Below, piece after piece: positions 1 through 8,000 of a DNA stretch of 12,975 nt. The stretch is from NCBI GenBank assembly GCA_051294375.1, contig JBJCIZ010001005.1:1-12975 (forward strand). Reading direction: 5' to 3'. Every line of letters begins with the position of its first letter. The first letter of the stretch is position 1. The translations under genes were made by a program, and so were the position numbers. The DNA comes from Paraspadella gotoi (lineage: Eukaryota > Animalia > Chaetognatha). Under the pieces are notes generated by a model, which searched no databases, was not told the origin of the DNA, and saw only the letters and a list, made by a program, of their open reading frames with translations.

Positions 1-293
1 GAGAGACAAGCCACTTGATAATCCATTCTCTGCGTTGGGAGAATAAAGTTAATTTAAATAAAAGGAATTTAATATCAATGNNNNNNNNNNTCAAATAAGA
101 GCAAAAACTCAACTTTTCTATGAAACAAAAAAACGAATGAGTGATGCGATAACGAATTATTGATTGATGTAATAATAATTNNNNNNNNNNATAATAATTG
201 AATGATGTAATAGTAATTGATTGGTGTAATAATAATTGATCGATGTAATTGATTATTGATGCGATGATAACCAAATGATTGACTGCGCCGATG

Positions 294-381
294 GATAGTC
301 ATTCATTGATGTGATGATAATCATTCATTGATGCGATGATAGTCATTCATTGATGCAATGATAGTCATTCATTGACGCGAT
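294..381. repeat. 22-bp minisatellite, 4 copies (GATAGTCATTCATTGATGCGAT consensus)
   Basis: Units at 294, 316, 338 and 360 each differ from the consensus by one substitution. Looser ATTGAT/GATG-rich repeats extend upstream to ~140. Confidence 0.92.
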
Positions 382-507
382 AAATCAGCAGATCCCGACT
401 CTATAATTCACTTTGTCGGTCCGTCGGTTCGCCCCCTCAATATTGTTGGGCACTAACTTATATCATGTCAGAACATTGAATTATGATAAATTATTTAAAA
501 AAATGAT

Positions 508-539
508 GTCCGTCCGTCCGTCCGTCCGTCCGTCCGTCC
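508..539 (+). repeat. (GTCC)8 microsatellite
   Basis: Eight perfect GTCC units. A GTCY microsatellite is a hallmark of DINE-1/HINE elements. Confidence 0.97.
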
Positions 540-569
540 CACCTTAGCAAAAAACACCAATTATTCGTG

Positions 570-1070
570 ATTGGATGGATGGATTGGAATGGGTAGGGAA
601 GTGTGTGATTGAGCTGTATATGAAGTTTCGATGGAATCGTCCGAGTGGAAATGAGTTTAAATGGGAAAAACATAAGTTGCATTTACTAAAATATTTTTAC
701 TTATTTTAACCAATAAATACTCTATTTAATCATAATTAGATGGATAGATTGAGTTGAAATTTTGTGTGTGGGTAGGAAAGTGTGTGACGAAGCTTGATAC
801 AAAGTTTCGGTGGAAACGTACAAGTGGAAATGAGTTTAAATAAAAAAAATATGAGTCACATTTACTTGAATCTTTTTGCTTTCACGATCTTGTAAGTCCT
901 GCAATGTTACTTATTTTAACCCATAATTACTCGAATTAATCATAATTGAATTAATAGATTGAAAAGGAAAGTGTGTGAAGAAGCTATATATAAAGTTTTG
1001 ACGGAATTGTGCCAGTGGAAATGAGTTTAAATGGAAAAAACATAAGTCACATTTACTTGAATCTTTTTTA
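570..1070 (+). repeat. Central tandem repeat of HINE copy A, ~3 diverged units of ~180-190 bp
   Basis: Anchor GTGGAAATGAGTTTAAAT at 645, 824 and 1015 (spacings 179 and 191). The AAGTGTGTGA block occurs in all three units and TTACTTATTTTAACC occurs twice. Confidence 0.9.
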
Positions 1071-1093
1071 TTTATGATTACTATATAAATGTT

Positions 1094-1121
1094 TTAATTA
1101 ATTAATTAATTAATTAATTAA
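1094..1121. repeat. (TTAA)7 microsatellite
   Basis: Perfect self-complementary TTAA run. Confidence 0.95.
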
Positions 1122-1184
1122 TGTGAAAAAATGATGCAAGTTAAAAAATCTTAAAAGCATAAAGATCGTCGTAATTGCATAAAA

Positions 1185-1208
1185 AGAGAGAGAGAGAGAG
1201 AGAGAGAG
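1185..1208. repeat. (AG)12 microsatellite
   Basis: Perfect AG run. Confidence 0.95.
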
Positions 1209-1351
1209 AAGGAGACATAAAATAAAATAGAGGATATTTGTTTGTTTTGATAAAATGTAAACAAAACATATTTAATAACTGTCCTAACCCAATTTAAGGA
1301 CATCGATGATGATAAGTTGAATATAAATTTAAATTAATTATTACATACTAA

Positions 1352-1392
1352 AATTAATTAATTAATTAATTAATCGATTAATTAATTAATTA
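1352..1392. repeat. Interrupted (TTAA)n microsatellite
   Basis: TTAA run with one TCGA interruption, just upstream of the HINE 3' subterminal repeat. Confidence 0.92.
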
Positions 1393-1766
1393 TCGTAGGC
1401 AGATCCGACATTGTTTGCTCAAACTTGTTAAAAAAGAATTATACTTTCTTTAGTATCAACTTTTTGCAAGGAATCAAAATCCGATCTTAAAATTAAAAAA
1501 ATTGCATTTTAAAATTTTAGCCTANNNNNNNNNNATTACTATACATAAATATAGCTCTCTGGTGCCTATTAAAAAATTAAATTTAACAATTTAACAATTA
1601 AAATTAACAAATAAATTTACCAAAATATTTTTAATGGTTTTTATGTTAAATTATATGCTAAATTTTAATTTTCTAAAATTTTTTTCACATTTTGTATGCT
1701 ATATGCCAGATCNNNNNNNNNNTGGCTAAACGGTCTGAAATTATTCCAGATCTGGAACACAGTATG

Positions 1767-1991
1767 CTAAGTTTTAACCAGAGGTCGAGATTCGAGCATC
1801 TTGTAAACTTCGTTACCGACCCGTTTTGGTACGAAATCGACGTCGTTACCCAGGTTGATAAACTCTTCAATAACCTTCTGTTGAAAAAGTCTTTCAGGAA
1901 GCGGAAACGTTCTTAGCTCCGTGCGGCCGATTCCATAAAAGCTGAAACTAAATTTTAGTGAAGTTATTGATGGATTTATATTTGAAGCCAT
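1767..1991 (-). CDS. Possible short ORF or first exon, product unknown (74 aa)
   Basis: True ATG in a CACAATGG context, non-repetitive protein-like composition, and GC content above the flanks. No recognisable domain. Confidence 0.2.
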   Translation of the reverse strand: MASNINPSITSLKFSFSFYGIGRTELRTFPLPERLFQQKVIEEFINLGNDVDFVPKRVGNEVYKMLESRPLVKT

Positions 1992-2536
1992 TGTGAATTA
2001 TTTGAGTTCGTCGTTTTTTTAAATTTTCATTTAGGATGAACGAAGAAATCAGCAGAGCGGTCTATAGTTTTACTGTGAAATAACTTATTTCATGCTCGCG
2101 ATATGAAGCGTTACAGCGTCGTCCGTCCCGTGNNNNNNNNNNGTAGGTTTCTATGAATATTTTTCGCTCAATATCGAGTAAAGAGAGAAGGGGGCGTTTA
2201 AGTCGCCTGTAACACGGTGTTACAGCCTGATCCAAAGGCCTATATTGAACGGTTCTGTCACTAACACAACAATCATTACTCTCTTCAGTATCGTGCTTCG
2301 GAGACCCTCGTCACAAAGAATTAAGTCGTTTAATTTTATATTAACTATTTGAAAAGTCAATAACAAAGGCAAAAGAGGTTCTGCGTTTCGACAACGTATT
2401 ACAATATTCAAAACAATAATAAACGAACGATATACTTGAATAAATACGAGGTTTGTGGACGAACATCGAGAACACGCAACCACGGTCAAACCACATAGAC
2501 CTTACTGAACTTATCTCGCTCAATTCCCCCTACTTA

Positions 2537-2580
2537 TTTATGGTCAAAACGTTGACCTTTATGGTCAAACGTTGACCTTT
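2537..2580. repeat. Tandem duplication of a 20-21 bp palindromic unit (TTTATGGTCAA(A)ACGTTGACC)x2
   Basis: Two adjacent copies differing by one A. Each contains a GGTCAA...TTGACC inverted repeat. Confidence 0.9.
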
Positions 2581-3189
2581 GTAAATACCATTGTAATAGA
2601 CTTAGCATCGGAGCATTTTGACTTATTGTTTATAACGTTGTTGAAGAATAAATCATTTCTTACTCTGAAACTTGTTGCGTCCACAGGTTAAAAGATAAAA
2701 AACGGTGTCGCCCCTTTAGTATTATGTTCTCAATCTCGCAGATCCACATTAAGGTAGCCGTGGACTGTCAGCCGTGCCGCCAATTTGCGGTCCCTCCGCG
2801 TAGCTAATCTGTTGGGAGATCCTTTACAGTGCCGTTAAATTAAAATGTTGGGTAAATTTTTAAAAATTAACTAATTTTTTTTTTATTTCAAGAAAATTGA
2901 GGTAGAAAAAACAAACTCAACTATACATGTGGAATTCCTATTAATAACTTTTTTAATATTTAAGCCTCATCTCAATAGTTCGTAGCCGTAAGCATCCANN
3001 NNNNNNNNAACCTCGTTTATTGACATAATTGACATAGGACATGACAGACACCGGTATTATTGGTAACATAGGCGATGACATAGTAGAATTAGAAGGATAG
3101 AAGTGGAGAAGGGTAGAAGCTTAACTGTAAGACAAATATAACCTTTTAAATACTTTAACCATTTACAAATATAACATGTTCAAATAACA

Positions 3190-3595
3190 AAATACCTGGC
3201 TTATAATAGAATCCAAAGAGATAAAATTCCATCTTTAAAAAGGCATAAAATATTAGCAATGTTTTACAAGAGTTTTTCCAGACATAAGACTAAATTGTTA
3301 CTGACTAAAAAACATTGTGAGAATCAAAACTAGGCATGGAGAAACATCTGAGTTATTCTATGATTCAGTCACTGAGACTGCTACGAAATCTGCTACGTAT
3401 TTCGGGAAAAACAAAAAACAACTATTAAAGTCTATACAAAAAGATGTCTCGCTAAAACATAAGAAAATGACTATAAATAATTCTACAATACATAATAAAA
3501 CTACCCCACGAGTGACACCAATAAAATCTTTACTNNNNNNNNNNTATTTAATAAATATAATTCATAAGTCAATCATTAGTTGGAGAACTACTTGA
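3190..3595 (+). pseudogene. Probable decayed Penelope-like element ORF C-terminus (GIY-YIG endonuclease region)
   Basis: The 3317-3595 frame reads SELFY...ATYFGKNKKQLLKSIQKD...INNSTIHNKT...INIIHKSIISWRTT. By eye this resembles PLE motifs of the form S.VVY.I.C..C...YIGQTKQ.LK.RI..H and the later F.N..IL..E / N.RTD. A shifted frame gives D-C (GAC TGC, 3376-3381) just before the Y-F-G. Frameshifted, with catalytic residues eroded. Confidence 0.42.
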
Positions 3596-4500
3596 CGTTT
3601 TTTATATATAAGTTTAATTTCGTGTTTAATTTTTTTACTATTNNNNNNNNNNTTTTTTATCTAACACAGTAAAATTGACAAAAAAAGATAATTTTAGGCG
3701 TGTTCTTGATTGAATTTTTAAAAAAAATTTACATCATAAGAAATCCTTATTAATGGTCTAATCAATGCGTATTGAATTATTGTAATATTGAGTAATTTCT
3801 GAGTAATGATTTTTTATTTATTTTTTTAATTCTAAATCTTAAGTTTTCATTATACAATTTGTCCAATTAGAAAAAAAAATGCTGACCTGAGAATGTTCTT
3901 GACTGTCTTGAATAATTATTTTATATAAGGTCATAAGGATACCCAGATAATTCTTNNNNNNNNNNTGTAAATGAATTTTAATAATTTTTAGAAATTAATA
4001 AATGATTAATTTATAATAATTTTTTTTTAAAAGATTCAGTTTTTTAATGAAGATGAAATTGGATGACCATTAAAGAAAGGTTGTTGTCAAATTATTCTTA
4101 TTAAATTAAAATATAATAAACGTCCAGTACTTTGCTATAGAATGAGGAAAGAAAATTTAAAAAATATTTATTCAATAAGAAATGGTACGCATTTATTTGG
4201 TGTCACTCGCGAACGGACACGGGTTAAGTTAAAACTTAATTATTATAGGGTTTACGACTACACGGTTAATTTTCCAACCGATCCGATTTCCTTTTCTTTT
4301 TACGAGGAAGAGTCAAAAGTTAACATCGCCTAAAGTTTTCATTTCCAAATTCGATTCCTTGGGGATCGGGAGAATATTTGTTGTTGACGACATCCCCGAC
4401 GCCAGCGGCGAAGAACACAGCGCGGTCAAACTAATTGCGGAGTCTTGGCATAATCCGTTGTTCTGGAGAGAGAAATAATTAATACTCCTGTTTTGAGGAT

Positions 4501-4765
4501 GGAGAGCACCGCATTAAGATCAAGAAGAAGAATAATAATCCTTTTATGAGGACATAATTAGTTTACTTTATAAAAACTGATTTAAGAAGGGAAAGCACTG
4601 CATTAAGATCGAGNNNNNNNNNNATAATCCTTTTTTGAGGACATAATAATAATATAATAATAATACTTTATAAAAATTGATTTAAGAAAGGAAAGCACTG
4701 TATTAAGATCGAGCAAGAGAGTAATAATCCTTTTTTGAGGACATAATTAGTTTACTTTATAAAAA
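4501..4765. repeat. Tandem repeat, 3 units of ~89-100 bp plus a partial upstream unit
   Basis: AGCAC..ATTAAGATC...ATAATCCTTTT.TGAGGACATAAT...TACTTTATAAAAA recurs, with AGCAC at 4505, 4594 and 4694. Confidence 0.93.
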
Positions 4766-6133
4766 TAAAAATCACAAATATATTACTACATAAAATGAAT
4801 TGGATTAATTTTTACAACGGATTCGGCAAGACTTACTAAAAATTAAAAAAATACAGCATGGTGGCGACATCCTGATATAGCAAGGAAGACAGTCATGCTA
4901 ATGNNNNNNNNNNGGCAGACGCCATTGCGGACGCGGACGGTCAGGTTGACGAAGAACTAAGTTGAGAATCAACCTAAATTTGAAAAAAGTGGCACAGTAA
5001 CCGAGAAAATAACCTAGATGTGAGGGAATTTATGTAAATGGCNNNNNNNNNNATATATTTACCTTGCGCTATCCCACAAAAAACGGAAGGGACGAGATTA
5101 AAATTGAGTCATTGAAGGGGTCGCGAAACCTTTTTCTACGGCCTCACCTGAGAATGTGATTACATATAGAAATAAAATGCAAAGAATTTAAACCAAAAGG
5201 AACTCAGTTATGCTTAAACCGATCGACGCTGCAATAAAGGTCCTAAAATGGAGAGGGTGACACGAAGACGATGTAAAGTCTAAAACGATGTAATGACGGC
5301 AGAAAGAGCGGGTGGAATTTAGTTTTTATTCAATGGAAAATGAATCTACCATGATGGAAAAAAAATTGTCGCGGTTTCTAACTTAAATTTAATCTTAATT
5401 TATTTTTAATTTATCATGACCTTAATTTATTATATTATTTTAATTTTTACTGAGCGGAATATAATATTCTCAGATTTAAAACTTAAAGATTAATCTTTTT
5501 ATATAAATAAAACATTTTTAAAATATTATATTATTTTATTAATAAAAAATAAACAAGATAAAAATTTTGATTAAAATTTTGCAAACTTATATTATTATTT
5601 AATAAAAATGATAAAAGCTTTAAACTACTAAAACTTATCCAAAATCAAAATAATTTGTTTATTAAATGAATAAATAACTGTTATATTAATTATAATAATT
5701 TTATAATTATTAACTAATTATTAATATAAAAATAATTATAATAAATATTAATAAATTATATAATATTTTTTTTATTATAAATATATATTAAAGGTATAAA
5801 TTAATTTATTTTAATAACAAATTTCATTGAAATAAATTTGTTATCAAAATAAATCAACTTATGCTTTTAATAACAAATTATAATATTTAAATTTTTTTTT
5901 CAAATTATTTTTTTATTCAATGTTATTTTTTTTAAATATAAATTTTTATAACTTTTTAAAACATTAATTTTTAAAAATTTTATATATTTTATTAAATTTA
6001 TTATAATAAATAATTTTTAATAAATAAATTAATCATTTATAAAAATGTTATTATTGCTGCACAATACATTACAGAGAATAAAAAAATTTAAATTTTCATT
6101 TTTTTTACCCCCTGTTTAAATGCTAAAGATAAC

Positions 6134-6448
6134 AAAATTTTTGATAATATGTTTTATATTTTTGATATTGTGTATAAACTATCAATTTTGTTGCGTTTTG
6201 AATTTAGGAGAAAAACAATTNNNNNNNNNNAACGAATTGTATTATTGGTAATACATGTTTTGACTTTTGAGTTTTAGAATCTTCATCACTCTAAAACTCA
6301 AGAGTCGAAACATGTATTACCAATAATACAATTCGTTATTAAAAACAAATTGTTTTCTCCTAAATTCAAAACGCAACGAAATTGATAGTTTATATACAAT
6401 ATCAAAAATATCAAAAATCTGAATCTTTATCAAAAGTTTTTAAAAAAA
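6134..6448. mobile_element. Head-to-head inverted pair of Penelope-like terminal-repeat fragments nested in the foldback element
   Basis: Near-perfect inverted repeat, 6152-6278 vs 6290-6416, with only a handful of differences. Both arms align with 8760-8910 and carry hammerhead elements. Confidence 0.72.
6252..6316. ncRNA. Two broken minimal hammerhead ribozymes joined head-to-head
   Basis: The minus strand reads (G)UGAUGA-A-GAUUCU-AAAACUCA-AAAGUC-AAAA-CAUGU-A. The plus strand reads ACUCU-AAAACUCA-AGAGUC-GAAA-CAUGU-A. Neither is complete. Confidence 0.68.
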
Positions 6449-7669
6449 TATTTTTAAAATTTATTATTATATAAAAATATTATTATAAATTTATTTTATT
6501 TAAAAAATTTTTATTATTATATGAACAAAATAATTTTTATAATAATTAATAATATTATCTTACATTAAAATATCTTTGTTTTATCACTCAAATAATTTTT
6601 TTATTTTTGAATGCTTTACTTTACTATATAAAACAATAAAATATCTTAATTTTTTTATAAAATTTTAATTTTTTTTTATGAAATTCGTACAACCAAAATC
6701 ATTTAATATTAATAAATAAGCTATTTTATCCCTGATTTTAAATAAGCTTTGGTAGTTTAAAACCATCATATTTACAAAATAATAATATAATAAATCCTTG
6801 CAAACTTTTACTCAAAACTTTTAGTATTATTAATGTATTCAAAAATAAAAAAATATTTATTTTATTTATAAAAAATTTAAAATTTAAAATTTTTAATAAT
6901 ATTCTTTATAAACATATAAATTTAAATTTATCAATCATAATAATCGTTTTAATAATACTATTTTAAATAAAAAATATTAAAAAAAAATAAATATATATAA
7001 AAATAAGCTAAAGCGTTAAAGAGCTAAAGAGTTGCTGTAACAATTTTTTTTTCCATCATGGTACACATGTGACACGAGAAAAGCGTCAAATTTTGGATGG
7101 ATTTTTTCGTTTCGTCGCGGCTGCGACAGTCATACTGGCACAGAAAATGAAAATTAAGAGAGCCACAGCGAGGCGTTGGAAGAAGTTTATTTCAGTGGTG
7201 CTCGCNNNNNNNNNNCAAATGTTTTCACGTTTTCCACAAATCGATGGCGGCGACGGCGACCTTGGCGGTGCAGAAAATGANNNNNNNNNNNNNNNNCGTG
7301 ACGAATGAAGAGAGTCAAGAAATTTCCATGGCAACTATTAGAAAAGTGATATTGAGACACAATAACACGAGAAATTTGTGTTGACCATTGCAAGATGGTC
7401 TCATATCGATCTCTTGAGGAGCCTGACAGTTATCACAGGCAAATCCTTCATCCACTTCTGCCACGCACGTCATTTTCAGTGCAATAATGTCTTATTTTGA
7501 CATGTTAGAATGGCTCGTCTGAATTGCTTGATTCCTCGTGTCTAGAGTCCATCCCCAAAAATTCACAGCCCGAATTCAGCTCTAAACCGGACAAAAAAAA
7601 TTCAGTTGCTTCTCCGTGAACGCCTAACACATTTGGCCCGTTCTTTTTATCAAATTATGTTTCCCCACG

Positions 7670-8000
7670 CCTACTCCTTTCTGTCTCTCTTCCGACTCTC
7701 TCTCTCTTTTCCGGTCTCGTCTCCATCTCTCTGTCTTCCTCTATTCTCATCTTCTCTCTCTCTCTCTCTCCTGCTCTATCTCTCACACATCACTGGCGAT
7801 CCGAAGCCCCAAGGAGCCGACGTCAAAGAAATCGTCGCATCCTCTTCCCTCTCTGTCAACGTTTTTTGGGGTTTTTCTTGTTTTCCTCTTCTCTTCTTTC
7901 CTCATTTTTCTCTCTTTTTCTCTCTTTCTCTCTGCTCTCATCTGTCTCTTTATTCTTTCTTTATTCATTCTTTTCTTCTGTGGTGGCTTTCTCCTTTTCA
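7670..8000. repeat. CT-rich low-complexity polypyrimidine tracts, including (TC)9 at 7753-7770
   Basis: Strong C/T bias at 7670-7785 and 7870-8000, separated by a ~75-bp mixed segment. Confidence 0.9.

Larger units (their letters stand above)
382..1429 (+). mobile_element. Non-autonomous Helentron-associated element (DINE-1/HINE-like), copy A, 5' tip missing
   Basis: GCAGATCCCGACT at 388-400 (inner IR partner); (GTCC)8 at 508-539; central tandem repeats at ~570-1070; 3' subterminal repeat GCAGATCCGAC at 1399-1409, followed by the short stem-loop GTTTG-CT-CAAAC (1413-1424) and ending CTTGTT. Positions 385-660 align with 9274-9531. Confidence 0.78.
5349..7061. mobile_element. Non-autonomous foldback/MITE-type DNA transposon with TA target-site duplication
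   Basis: TIR CCATGATGGAAAAAAAATTGT (5349-5369) matches ACAATTTTTTTTTCCATCATGG (7040-7061) apart from one indel in the homopolymer. TA flanks both ends (5347-5348, 7062-7063). The internal arms are diverged inverted copies; for example 5561-5647 aligns with the reverse complement of 6733-6822. Confidence 0.82.

Noticed and set aside
75-682. ORFs 75-302 and 491-682 (minus strand)
   Set aside because: They read through a minisatellite, N masks and the GTCC microsatellite (DGRT repeats).
2240-2295. Minus-strand CTGAAGA...AGAACCGTTC as a hammerhead
   Set aside because: The GAAA box is absent and stems I and II do not pair convincingly.
2605-2614. GCATCGGAGC, the reverse complement of 9559-9568
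   Set aside because: A 10-bp match with no flanking similarity; cannot be distinguished from chance.
2738-2750. GCAGATCCACATT resembling the HINE 3' subterminal repeat
   Set aside because: One base is missing, no matching stem-loop follows, and there is no upstream HINE body.
4040-4480. Possible decayed coding region (ORF 4142-4333 and a downstream frame SLGIGRIFVVDDIP...), sharing SFSFY/GIGR words with ORF 1767-1991
   Set aside because: Matches are 4-5 residues in different frames with no convincing DNA alignment or recognisable domain.
294-4765. 22-bp (294-381) and ~90-bp (4501-4765) arrays as CRISPR
   Set aside because: Head-to-tail repeats without unique spacers, no cas genes, eukaryotic context.
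4198-4880. TGGTGTCAC (~4198) and TGGCGAC (~4862) as retrotransposon primer-binding sites
   Set aside because: No preceding LTR end, no gag/pol ORF, and tRNA complementarity cannot be extended by eye.
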